Origin: Amoebophrya sp. A120 | Taxonomy: Eukaryota > Protista > Dinoflagellata | Reading direction: 5' to 3' | Assembly (NCBI GenBank): GCA_905178155.1 | Contig: CAJINV010000017.1 | Coordinates: 175,639 to 239,638 of the forward strand | DNA: 64,000 nucleotides | Shown: positions 46,523-59,300 of the stretch, one piece after another | Numbering within the stretch: position 1 is the stretch's first letter | Layout: each line of letters begins with the position of its first letter | Program-made: the position numbers and the translations under genes | The notes under the pieces: generated by a model | What the model saw: only the letters and a program-made list of their open reading frames with translations | Told to the model about the DNA's origin: nothing | The model's database searches: none

Positions 46523-47133
46523 GAGAGCTCTGGCAGCACACGGGGGCGCAAGCCTTGTGCTGGCAGTTCAGTTGTAAAACGAAAACTATCTTGGAGGGTT
46601 GGCATGCTTGTGAATCGGAACCTGTCCCTCGATGCCATCAACTGAGGAAACAGGATGTAAGTGTATATTTCAAGGGATAACCCGCTGCAATTTACACATA
46701 TATCATGTTGCTCTTAGTATATTGGGTACAGCGTGACTCTCTCATTTTGATCATTCTCAATTGACGCCCTCATAGATGGTACGATACTTCGATTGATGAA
46801 ATAAATTTTTCTGCGTCATAAGCATGAACTGTTACTCTGGTGTGCTGTCTGCCGCCTGAATGTTTTTGTTTGCGTCGATACGCGGATTTGATTCCTATTC
46901 CAAATCTCCTCTTTCTGTGCGTGCCCATCTTCTCGGTTTACAAGTATCTATTTCCATTCCGGTCAAGAAGGACAATATACGTGGGGAAGTCTCAATTTGT
47001 TCCGACGGCCCCGTGAAGATTTTCCCCAGCCTTGCATCCATCGCAACTATGTTTCTGTTTCTTTGTATATTAAAATTTTCCGATTTTTCAAGCGCATGGC
47101 TTTTGGTGATCCGTCCCTCAGCCTTGTTTGCGT

Positions 47134-47201
47134 GCCTTCCCCGCCCGCCTGCCTTCCCCGCCCGCCTGCCTTCCCCGACCGCCTGCCTTCCCCGCCCGCC
47201 T
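47134..47201. repeat. 17-bp minisatellite, 4 copies
   Basis: gccttccccg(c/a)ccgcct in tandem. Confidence 0.85.
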
Positions 47202-47696
47202 ACCGGACCGCACCGCTCGTTGCCGCGGCCGCGCAAAAAGGAGCTGCAGAACGAGACCAGGAAAAATAACGAGCGGACCCTCTTGCTGCGAGTTTAGTCG
47301 AGAACCTGCAGCACGCAAAGGTGAAGCTCCACCTCCTGTGACAGACTCCTGCTCACGCGAATCAGGGGCATGTAGCATGAGCATGATCGAATGTCGAGTT
47401 CCGTCTTCATGTTGTGCGTTCCCGTTTATCTTTGTCGCTCCTTGGCATTTATCAGAGTCAACAAAGATAGGAAACGCCGGAAATCCCGCACTTTCCATCT
47501 CCTGGTCCTGCCGAAAATTACTAATTACCTACTAAGAACGATCCGCTTAACGAATTAAGGATGAGTCGTGGTTCTTTTCGTTTTTTGTTCTTTGACCCTC
47601 GGTTTGATGTTTTTTGTCTCTCTTTTTCCGCCCTGATGCCTGGTCACATGAGGAGGTGCATCGTAGCTTTCATCTTGTTAAACCAACTATGGAAAA

Positions 47697-48695
47697 TTGC
47701 TTGATGTAGAACAATGTGCAGAGTATCGCCCTCGAAAACAGAGGACACACATAGCGCCCAACCTATTATATGGCATGCATGACCCTTTCTTCAGTTTTGA
47801 ACATGTATGGCTCACAGGATCGACGGGCGCAGGAGCTCCGCCACCTCCTTGGCGAGATTTTTCTACAAGTACAGCACAGGAATGGACATGGAGGGCTCGA
47901 ACCGGCGTTCGACAGGCTTGCACGGAGACTAATAGCGAAGTCGTTCAACAAGGAGCTTTTCCGGTGTCAGCAGCACAACTGAACAACTTGGAAACTCCAA
48001 CGGAATGTAAAAACCCGAACAAGCAAACTGTGATTCACGAATCGATACCCATCTGTCTCGAGTACTACTTCGGAGACGCGGGTCTACGAATGAAAAAAAG
48101 GGACAATGTTGGGCTTTGCTACTACACAACTCAGCAATATCAGAGGTTCGGACATAAAGCATGGCAGACAAAAGGAAAAGTGGGCCAGCATCAGCCCAGC
48201 GACGCCACAGGGGAAACAGGAGTAATCGCGGTTGGAGACGCGGAGCAAGAAAGGATGCGACAAATTGCCAATCGAGCCCTTTATACTAGATCGAGTATCG
48301 CGTCGGGCTGGTTCTACGAAGATGTCGAGCCATTCGAGTTCTGCGTCGCCGCATATGCATGTCGCCCCAAAGACCTAGTTCTAGGCGACATAACCTTTGT
48401 CGAATACAGCACAGGAAGAAAACATGCAACAAACGCGTGCGCGCCGATTATCTGGTGGGGAAAGACTTCACCAGCGGAGCCTTACATTATGGGAGATTTA
48501 TCAGACTTCACGCGGTGGAAACAGGCAAATGACCCTAGGTCGAAAAAAGAAATCCCAAATGGCGCCGGCCAGACAGCAACAATAACCATGAAGACATTCG
48601 AACAATCAGCAAGCTGTGGTTGGGAAAAAGCGGAGAACAAGGCGCCCAGCGGATCTTACAGCGGGCCAGTTGAACCCCGGTTAGCATTATCTTGA
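47697..48695 (+). CDS. Hypothetical protein (Cys/Trp-containing); start uncertain
   Basis: 332-codon ORF on the gene strand with globular-like composition. No domain recognised. Confidence 0.55.
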   Translation: MLDVEQCAEYRPRKQRTHIAPNLLYGMHDPFFSFEHVWLTGSTGAGAPPPPWRDFSTSTAQEWTWRARTGVRQACTETNSEVVQQGAFPVSAAQLNNLETPTECKNPNKQTVIHESIPICLEYYFGDAGLRMKKRDNVGLCYYTTQQYQRFGHKAWQTKGKVGQHQPSDATGETGVIAVGDAEQERMRQIANRALYTRSSIASGWFYEDVEPFEFCVAAYACRPKDLVLGDITFVEYSTGRKHATNACAPIIWWGKTSPAEPYIMGDLSDFTRWKQANDPRSKKEIPNGAGQTATITMKTFEQSASCGWEKAENKAPSGSYSGPVEPRLALS

Positions 48696-49404
48696 ATAAC
48701 AACTTTTCCTTCCCAGCCTCCATCATGTGATGTTTCATTGCGCGCGCACGCCTCTTAGTTTTATTGCGGCGTGGTCCAAACGAAAACGATTACTCCAGTC
48801 GTGTTTTCAACGAGAAACTACGCAGTGCACATAACAAAAAATGAATAATCATGAGCAAATTTTTCATGTGGAATAAAAGATAAACATCGGTGTCCGTGGT
48901 CTTCGACGAAGGACACTATTTTTTGTTTGCAAGGTGTGCGCCGGATTAAAAAATAAGAATATGAGTCTGCCATGAACCGATGGCGAAAGCGACACACTGC
49001 ATGTCCATGGTGCGCTAGGGCTTGCTGCAAAGGTTGTTTTCTTTCGCATGCGCATGGGCGTTGTTTTGGAGTCCGAGAAATCAAGAAAACCTGCTGTCGA
49101 CGTACCAGCTTGGGATGTATCCAGTCTTCAGCCACGGCATAGTCGGAAGAGAAATATGCATCAGGCAAGCAACTAAGAGTTAGAGTATGAAGAGAAGGAC
49201 TGCAACTATGGGTTGGACTAGGAGCACATTAAAAGGCTCCAGCATCATGAAACATCTGCGCAGGGAAGAAACCTACTATCTTCGCGATTATTTGTCGCGA
49301 GTTTTTAGTTTTACATAGTATGTACTATGCCGCGGCGGAAGCAAGCAGTCGCCCGGCGCCGGGCCCGATAGGTTTCTATTTTCCACGACCGTGGCGGGAC
49401 TACC

Positions 49405-52400
49405 TTGCATAGCATGACTCTCGGAAATCTGCATAACCCGACGTGGCAGGGCACGACCTATTGCCCGAACGCTGTGTCCTTGCTTGCGCCGGATTTCGAT
49501 GACCCCTTTGCTGAGGTGCAAATGCGGACGATGGCGTATCGGGCTGGGAAGGTTTTTTATGCAATGGCTACCCGCGTTGATGAGAATGGAAATTTGCGAT
49601 CGTCTCCGCCGGATATCAGCAACCACGATGAAAGCTCCGTCACAAAAAATTGCAAAGCGAGACCGGGTCTAACATACCAGTGGGCCCTGGTCATGCCCAT
49701 CGGCGGACAAACACAAGTCAGCAAAGGCGATCTGAGAGTAAAGAACAATTTGGCGGGCACGTTTGTGATCCAGGAACTGCTTCGGCATGATTTTGAATAC
49801 ACAGGCACGCACAGTGTTGCAATGGCTGAGCTATTCCCGAAGAACTTTGTCGCGTATTTGCCGTTCACCAGTCCCGGAGAGGCAGAAGATCACAGTCAGC
49901 AGCCAGATGGAAAGAAACAACCACACTACGTTCGGCTGCCGCCCAGATCCCGAGCGCATGAGTTTTGGGAAGCTTTCAACGAACGAACTGAAACCTATTT
50001 GGAGTATCATGCATTCCAGAGGAAAGATTCGGGCCTCGTCGTGTATGTGTGGGGCGGACCGGTAGGGAGACAGCACTGGGACCGGGTATTAAGCAAGTAC
50101 GACGGTGATGGTGCAAGTTTTCAGGTCCTGAGAGAAGCAGTTGGCGAAGGCGGACGTGTGCATCTGGCTGGACGGGCCATAGAAAACATCGAGCAACACA
50201 GAAGCCTCGACCTTTTGTCGACCAATGCGCAAGAAGCTACTCTTGAAATGATGTTGGCGCAGCAGGGGCTGCAGAAGGTACTAAAATACCAGGGGCAGAC
50301 TGTTGAGCAGACCCGTCTCCAACTCAGCGGTGTGACTTTGACGATGGTACCCAACCAAGCGACCCGCAGCTTTATTACGCAGCAGCACCAACAAAATTGC
50401 TACGAGGAGCGCGGTGATTCTCATCAAACAGATACAAAGGAGAATGTGCGACAAGGTGTTTTCGCCACATGCGGAAGGATGTTGGGGGTGGCGCGCAAGA
50501 TCTTTATCGCACCGACCGGCAATCCGCAACAGAAAATCGCCACACTTTTCCACACCACTCGCGAGAACGTCGAACAGTCGTACAAGAGTATTATTGACAT
50601 TATGCAGTTTGGAAATCGTGGCGACGGTGAGGTGGAGTTTGTAAGCCCATTGAGCGGCAAAAACGCCAAAAACATCCCGGGCAGCGACGCGGATGTGAAA
50701 AAAGTATTGGAAGGAATGCGCAAAACGTTAGACTGGCAGATGCTTGGCTGGCTCGGTTTGAGGCTGTCACAAGCAGATAGCCTCGACCTGCGAGAGGAGG
50801 TAGTTGAGTACAAATTTACGGGCACTGCAAATAGTTTTGACGCGCTCCATTACGAGCGCAATATTGAAAAAGCCCACGAAAAAAGCCCGCAGACGAACAG
50901 GATCAATCGCAACAAATATTTGGAGAAGCAGAAACAGGCGGAGGTCACGCGTGGTGTCGTCCCCTTCGATGCTCGGTGGTTCACGACGAGGGACACCATA
51001 TCAAATGAAACCGCCCGGACTTGTCATTGTCTTTCCCATTCTTATCTCCCGTGCGCGCACTCCCAACGAGGATGAGCTCACACTGAGTATATGCTAGAGC
51101 TCACTCTCACAGGCGAATGCATGAATGGCGCACAAGGTAGGTCGGCGCTTGAAACTATTTCTGAAACCACGAGCAGCCCCCTCATTTCGCGCAATGGCTT
51201 GATGTTGACTACGAACATGAAGCGCGAACGCCCACTCGTATTGCTTTGGATGTTGAGGTCTTGGCCTCTCGCGGCCACGGGTCGAGTTCTCGATCGAGCG
51301 TAATCGTGGGCTCTGTGGGTGGCTTTTCGCTTTTTTCTTACTGTCACGACTCCCTGTATCCTCGCTTATCGGTTTTGTGGCGACGTCCCTAACGAGTCCA
51401 CTCTTGAAAAGTTCAACTTTTTTAAGCCTCCCTACATCCTCGTCGCCATGAGTGAAGTTGCAGTTGTTGGCGCCGCTGCCGGCCCGCCGTTGCTTTTCCA
51501 TTTATTTTTTTCAGTTGCTACTACGTGTCTGATAGCGTTCTGAATTCTGTAAAAATAGAGCCTGCTAGAAGATAGTCACTTCTTCAGCTACTTATTTTGC
51601 TGTCGATAGACAGTACTGGGCCCACTGTGAATGTCTGTGTGTTGTATTGTACGCAGATACCCGAGAGCCCTCGACCCCCATGCAAGAAGCCGATTTTTTT
51701 CTTTCCCGGCCTCTCCTCGGTTTCGGTCTTTCAGACTTACGGCTCGTGGGCTTTTGGTAAGAAACCCCGTAATATCTTCGAACAAATAAGCAGTCAGCGG
51801 AAAAAAATAGGAGCGTGGGCCGGCAGCAGGCGTGGCGCCACGTGATGTAATATTTTGACATCACGGAGCGCCGCTGCGCGACAACTGCATGCAGCAATCG
51901 CTGAACTACGTAGTAATAATAATGAAATGCGAGAAGGAGAAAGAGAAGACAAAAAACTTCAAGTGAATAGTTTGCCCGGCGCCTCAAGCAGCTGACACGG
52001 TTCATGTCGAAGGAACAGAACCACGAAGAAGAGCTCTCTATTGACCCTGATGATGACGTTGTCGCTGTCGAGATGACGCCGGATCAACACAATGCGAAGA
52101 CCAAAGAAGAAGAACAGTCCATCAAAGAGAATGCACTTAAGCTGATTCAGAAGTGCCCCGGTGGGTTTACCACGGACAAGCCAAGCCCAGACGCACATTC
52201 CCTTGAAGACCTGACACCGGATCAGAAGAAGAATGTGCGGTGGGCCATACATCAAACACGGACGCTGAAGAACTTCCTGCTAGAAGGAAATCGTGAGGCG
52301 CCAGTGTATTGCTTGCCGACACCGCCGCAGGGTGCTGCCCCGCTTCGGCAGTTCCTTGTTCTAGCGCACGACACTGGGATGCAGAAGGAGTTCGATTACA

Positions 52401-52519
52401 CTTTTCTGCAGTCGCGCCCACGCGACGGGGCAGACCCACCGAAGGTTGCAAATTTTCAAAGGTTATCCGAATTGGGAATGCTTTTCGCTTTACTCCGAGC
52501 ACCTCTCGGCGATAGATAG
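49405..52519 (+). CDS. Unknown family X protein, copy 2 (exons ~49405-51000 and ~52004-52519; intervening structure unresolved)
   Basis: 556-aa and 171-aa ORFs are collinear with the reconstructed copy 1 at 32452-37200. Confidence 0.75.
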
Positions 52520-52694
52520 GACTCGTAGGCATGCTTACCCGTTGGATTGCTGTCATAGCAGACGTCTAAAATCTCAGAAAAAAGAAAGCAACCACCATGA
52601 AAGTTTTCATGTAGGAATGAGCAGGCCTCGCCCCGGCAATTGCATTCGGACCAATGCAAATCGCAGTCGCACCTTCACTTTTTTTTTTTTCAGT

Positions 52695-52820
52695 GTGCAC
52701 GGCGGTAAGATTCAGATTCAGATTCATGGAGCGGCAAGATTCATGTGCGTGGCGGTAAGATTCAGATTCATGGAGCGGTAAGATTCAGATTCAGATTTCA
52801 GTGTGCATGGCGGTAAGACT
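52695..52820. repeat. Degenerate tandem repeat of ggcggtaaga(ttcaga)n
   Basis: About 5 copies of gcgg(t/c)aaga, most followed by variable numbers of ttcaga units. Confidence 0.8.
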
Positions 52821-55800
52821 GACTAATATCAAGAATCGAAAAGGAATAGCGCGAAAGCCCGTACAAATTGCGCAGGCTTTATTCCTATATGCAGTTTGCT
52901 TATTCAGGCGCGCGGAATGAAGAAACCGACAGACCAGCACAGCAAGAATTGACAGCATAGAATAGTCGCGCAGCGACCTTCGCGGCGCTCAGAAGCTAAA
53001 GCAGTTTGTTACCTGCTCGGTAGCGCCACTGCCTGAGCGGCTGGGGCCGAGCCGCATGTGGCGTTAGCTTGCGGACGTCGGCGGGCAGGATTTCTCTTCT
53101 TGTTTTATTGTTAGACTCGCTTGTTAAGTAAGCAAAGCAATTCCCTTCCATATCGGACCGTCAACCCGCTGGAGCGTCCCCCCTCGCAGATGGGATATGG
53201 TCTGTGAAGTGTGGCAGCTTTTGGTCGTTGCGCCGGGTCTTTTCGTACTTCGTGGCACAAATCACGGAAAGGCCTCCATGTATGTATCTCATCGCGTCGC
53301 TTCCGTTTGGTAAAGCAAAGTCCTGTGACTTTCTCTTGTATTTTGGCGCCGCGCTTGCAGGGACTGGGCGGCACCTGCACTCGCATGAGAATACTAGGCA
53401 CCTAAGTTATAGATAGAAGAACGAATAGCGCAGCGAATTGTAAGAATGAGCTATAACTGACCCCGAGGCCTTTCCAATACTAGAAAAGAAACCAAGGTAA
53501 GCAGTGGGTGCTTAGATCTCAAACTGCCACACAGCGGACGCTATAAGACGCTCCACGACGAAGACGACGACGAAGAAGACGACGACGAAGACGCCCTCGC
53601 GGAGTCTGGAGGGGTGCGCCCTGGCGCTGGGTCAGGTGCGCCATCAACCAAAACCACAAAAACCAAGAAGAAAAAAAAAGACGAGAACAGTGCCTGCTGT
53701 AGTTGATAACGGCTGCGAGGCTTCTATCGATCATTTACAGTTTATTCGCTCCTGTCATTACCTAGAGGCCATATTAATTAAGACGCTTCTCCTGCTTTTC
53801 AGGAGTAGAGGGATGACCGCTATCGCATATTATATTCTTCACTCATTGTCATTTCAAGTCAGCTACCGGCGGTGTGGTCCCAAAGAGTATCTCGCACCAC
53901 CTGAATCGCAAGCAGCTGAAGTAGACGAATCTTCGTCAATTTTGAGATAAGTTTAAGTAACAAGTTGCATAGTCATTTTTTTCAGTCGGAGAGAAGACTA
54001 AGAAAAGCAAGAGCGGGCGTGACTAGGATTTGCACCATTTGCACGAAGTGTAAGTAGAGCGAGAGACCAGCCCGTGCTCTGCTTTCTTATTCTCTCTCTT
54101 CTTTGACCGGCTGGCGTTTTCCGATGCATTTCCATGATTTTTGTGTTTATGTCGAGTTTATTTGTCCTACAGTCACGAAGGAGCTCAACACTCGCAGATA
54201 TAATTGCAGATCGAAATCAGAAAGAGCTTAATGTGTTGCCACAACAAGTTCCGCGACTATTGAAAAGCCCACGCATGGTTTTGATTTGAACTATTTGCTT
54301 TTCTTGACTTCGAAGTAAGAGTAACGCTCAGGACTCCAACGAATTTTCATCCTTTTTCAACTTTTTTCACAGTTTGACTTTGACAAAGTGTTTATCAATC
54401 CGAAAGCATGACAATATTGCATTTTTTTATCATTCACCCAATTAGTTAAAGTAGTCTCAGATCTTCCTTTATTTTAACAGTTCATAAATAACGAGGTGGC
54501 CCCTTTTCAAGACTTTCGTATGTTTCTGCTTTAACATCTCCCAAGAAGAATTTTCGAAATTATCGGCATCTTAACTCGAAGTAAATGTAAGAAAAAGCCA
54601 AACCCAAAGAGTCGTATAACAACTAGCTCTGCAGGTTCATCCACATATTTTTTTTACAACCGTTCCTCCAGACTATAGCATCGCATTCGTCTATTTCTAC
54701 CGACCTCATTTATCATTTTCGAAAGAAAAGACACGGCATTCGTATCTTCAAATTGAAATTTGTTAAAGTACATTAACTATTTGGATAAGAAACCGAACGA
54801 CGATCTTTTTTGTTTCACACCTTCCTAGTACAGCTCTGCCGTGGCAGTGTTGTGCGCATTAATATGTTTCACATATTCTTTTTGTTTCACCGACCAACAA
54901 TCTAACAAGCCAGTTTGTACTGCTGTCTCGCATCCATTGTTCACATCGAGGTCTAAGGTCATACATAGCAATGTCAATGTGTTCGACACCAGTCCTGACG
55001 TCAACTTGGTTCTCTTATTGTCCTCGGTTCTTGCTCTTATTGGCTGAGTAGAAAACGTCCCGTCCCGTCACTTGATACCTCCAAGTCCCACAAAAAAACT
55101 CCGCCTGTATTGAGCTGCATTGGTTGCCGCGCTTCAAGATGAAGGAACTCATTGCGTGGCAGGCTCTGGTTGTATGAGCACGAACGGATCTGGTGAACTC
55201 GTGTGACCACATCACGTAGTGATTTCGAAAGCAAGTTCCGCTTGTACAGCTCGCAGCTAGGCTACGAATGTAATGTGGAGAAGCCTCCGAGAGGTGTCGC
55301 TGTCACCTGCGGGGGAAAAACATAGAAGCATGATGATAATAAGTATATTTAAGATCAACATCAGCAAAGCAGAAGTCCAGTGAAAGAGGTCCATAATCAG
55401 TCGTGGTCGGTTTTTCGTCGTGTCGTTGCAGAAGCAAAATCGCCGGGATGAATAGCAAGCAAGAGCGAACAGAAGCAGAAATACACAAGAAGCAGACTCA
55501 GGTATGGGAAAAAAACATTGATGCGGGAACTTTTGATTTTGTTGCACCGTGGTATTTCCTTCATATTGAGCAGCTCGCTGGATTTACCAGGACCCCTCTA
55601 CTTTTTCTGCAAAACAAGAACGCCCTGCTTCTGCCCGATGATCGAACTCCAATTCGAGCTCGCACCCATTAGAACAGAGATTTTATTGTGAATATTATTC
55701 GTATTTAAAAAAGTCGGAATCGCCCTCGTCGAAGATCAGCTGCAGGTCAGGTTTTAGGTTTACAACTTGCTGTTCGTAAAAATGCAATAGCTCGGTCGTC

Positions 55801-56312
55801 CACGAGCATTGCGTGTCACAACTATTTGTCCGCGTTGGAACAACGACGTAGGGCCACGGGACGTCGACAATGTCAGTGGGTCGTGAAAATCAAAGTAGAT
55901 GTAGATTTTCGTATTAATATAAAGAGGACGTACTTGTTACTCCACTACTTCGAAAAGTTCCTGCGTTACTTCTACATTGTCTTTACAAGAACTGAAACAG
56001 ATATCGGTTTTGTCGTGCCGGTCTTCCACATGTAACTATTACTCTTACGCGCGAGTACGAGATGCGCAGCTACCTATGAAATCGCAAAATAAGAACAAGA
56101 AGCACCATGAATCTACTATGACCGTCGCCCTGATAGAAGATGAAAAAAAGTTCACGGCACTTTTTTTTACTAGAACGTCGAAGTTGCCTACTCATTTCTT
56201 TGAAATTTCTTCTCTCCCCTTCTTTGCAAGGAAGTCGATGTCTCGCCTTCACGTTCGCTAGCCCTAGCGCAGTTTCTCATATTGATTCGGAGAACCGGCC
56301 GTCCGCCCCATC

Positions 56313-59300
56313 ATGATCGTCCGCACCATCATGAAGGCTGCTCAAGCTTCCCGTCGCGACCACGGGCGGCGCCCGGCTCCTCTCCTCGTTGGACCGAATA
56401 AGATGCTGGTTCTCTTATTTGACTTTGCAATTCTGTGGCTTCCTTTCGTCGCCCTGCTTCTCCCGACGCCCGCGACTGCGAAGTCGCTGGCTGACTGCAT
56501 CACCGACCTGAATGCCGGTGTGGGTTGTGAGCTCGACCCGGGCGTCCACAAGATATCCTCGCGGACGCAGCTGTCCGGCATCTCCGCGTCCAATATATTT
56601 CTGGCGGGTAGTACCGCGACCAACGCGCAGCCGAGCGTGATCGACGGGACGGAGGACATTTCGGCACTGCTGCAGTGGGAAGACTGTTCCACGCTGCCCA
56701 CCTACGCGGACACGTGCGCTAAGGCGCTGGCCAACGAGACCGCGGGCGCCAAAATCTACTCCGCACTGCTGCCGAACGACAAGCCGGTTTACCAGCTGTG
56801 GATCGACTCCACCGACGGCCTGAGGGAGAGCCACCTGGGCCGCGAGATGCTGATTCCCGCCCGGTGGCCCGACCCGACGGCGGACATGGGAGCGGCGCTG
56901 AATGCCCAGGCGGACGCCCCAATCTGTATCACCCGCTCAGGCGTTACAGTCTCAAATGTTGCGACGAAGTCTGGCACTGGATAAGGATTTTGTCTTGCAT
57001 GAAGACATCAAGACATGAACAATTGTAGGGCCTGCCACTATTCCTAATCCTATTCGCAAGACAAATTATTAAGCCAGAAGGTTCTACTTCCCATGTTTGG
57101 AGTTCAGAATTTGTCGTGCGTACTCCGGTGGTCAGAGTTATTGTTCTTATAGTGCACTGTTTACATCACAAATAATCTCCTCCGCAGCTGCTTCCATGGT
57201 TGTAACTCGTGAATTGTAACACTTGAAGGCGGGCCATAATCCGGGGCTCCATCTTCGACACCGCGCACACTTGGAGCCGCATTATTTACGGCGAACACGG
57301 CAAGGAGTTTGCGCACAGCGGGAGCTGGCCGACCTGGGTGCGCGGCACGGACGGCGACGACCCGCCAAACACAGGCTGGGGTTGGATCCAGGACGCGGGC
57401 GGTCTGACCCGGTCCTACCAGGTCGAAATATGTGAGTGCACAACGGGTCCCCTCCCGCCCCGCATTTGTCATCCGATGGAACCCGAAACCCAGCATGTGC
57501 TACCTTATCCTTATGGCACTGTTTGCATGACAGATTCTGGAAGTCCACAACCAAATACAAACTGTCACTACACTAAAACGAGGTGCACGAAGATGAATTT
57601 TCCATGCACACGCTCCACGTGTGCCGGTGGTGTTGCTTGCATTAAGGCTGTTCATGCAGCTCTAGTACAAATAATGAGGGGGACAAGGGGGAGTTGTGCA
57701 CTCTCATACGGAACCGAGGAAGGTCAGATCGAAACGTTGACCGTGTTACCCTCTGCAAAGGTGGTATCGTGCTCGTACTGACACTGATTGCAATATTGCA
57801 TGACAACAAATCAGCACAAGCAAAACGTGGCTTACCGTTAAAATGAATCACCCTCGTTTTTCTGTGTGAAGGAAATTGAAATTGATGAAAGCGGTATGGA
57901 ATAAACATGTATAAGTGCGATGTGTTTTGCAATGCATACGTGTCTGGCCAGGGTTATCTGGCCGACGCCGGGTTCAATGCGACGGGCGCGGTGATCGTCA
58001 TGGGCTGGGGCAAGCAGATGTCCGAAATGGGCTACGTGCACAACCACACGGGCAACTTTTTGTATTTTAACCGCATCCGCTGCCCCCACCACGGGGGCGG
58101 CACCAACCCGCCCTACCAGAAATCCCCCCCCTACGGGTCCTGTGCGGGCAGCCCCTTTGTCAAGTTGAAGAACGGGGAGGAGCAGGGCATGGCGGCCTAC
58201 TGGCTGGGCAACAAACTGGACTTTGTGAACAAGTACAAGGAGTGGCATTTTCACTCCTTCAACGGATCCAATATCACGGGGACCGGCCCGGGTTACGACG
58301 CCGACGAGGATTTCTTCGGGTCGGGCGTGCCGGACCCTGCGCAGGCTCTGGGCGCCTATTCGGGGCGGCTGTTTGTGCGGATGGAAAACCACCCGTCCAC
58401 GTACACGTGGCACAGCCGCGCCACCGAGATCGGTCTCGATTTTGACTGCAGCGGAAACAAGATGCAGCGCTTCACGCTGCGCAACATCGTCTTCTTCGGC
58501 AATGTGCTCAAGGGCTTCAAGTGCCACTACTGGACCGTGCACGACAACGAGTTCCTGTATCCTTCGTTCGCGAAACGCACCTTCCGGCACCAGTCCGGCA
58601 CCATCGACGCAGGCCTGCCCAACATCGATTTCGCCGACTCCAATAACTTTTACAGTTCGGACTACGGTAAGTGGGAACACGTACAAATTCAGCGAGGGGA
58701 AAGCGATGGAATGGCAGGGGGACGAAGTGGAGTGGAAGCACAACGAGTTCGCCTTCAACGGTTTCAACGCCCTGGACGGCGCGCACACCGTGCGCGTGAA
58801 GGGAGCGAGTTCCGACTACAACACCATACCGCCCCTGAAATTTTGGTACAACACGTTCCGGCACAACGGGCACGTGTCGGCCGTGTTCGCCACGGAGAAG
58901 GCCAGTTTCGTGCAGCGCAACCGGATCCAGCACCAGAACGTGGGCGAGCTGCAGCACGATGGCGAGGCCGTGGGCGCCGGCTCGGTAGGGACAGAGGACA
59001 GTCGGTTCATGTACAACTGGGTCGATTACGGCCACCACTCGCTTTCCCTTCGGTTCGATTGTTCCCAAACCGCGACCTTCTCGGACGTTTCCTATGAATT
59101 GCAAAAGTATCGTATTCGTATAAATGCATTACAAATTTTTTAGCATGAGAAATAGAATTACTTAAAAATTTGTATATGCGGATTTACCTTAAGAAAAAAA
59201 TTTGTAAATGCAAGACTTGCATTTATACGAGTGCGATACTTTTGCACAGGATATTTCCCGGAACGGCACGATGATGTACAATCTGGGGTACGGACTCTCG

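Noticed and set aside
50999-52003. Possible introner(s) starting tatcaaatg in family X copy 2
   Set aside because: No matching right TIR found by eye; exon structure left unresolved.
53556-53593. (acg/aag)n trinucleotide run
   Set aside because: Ordinary short microsatellite.
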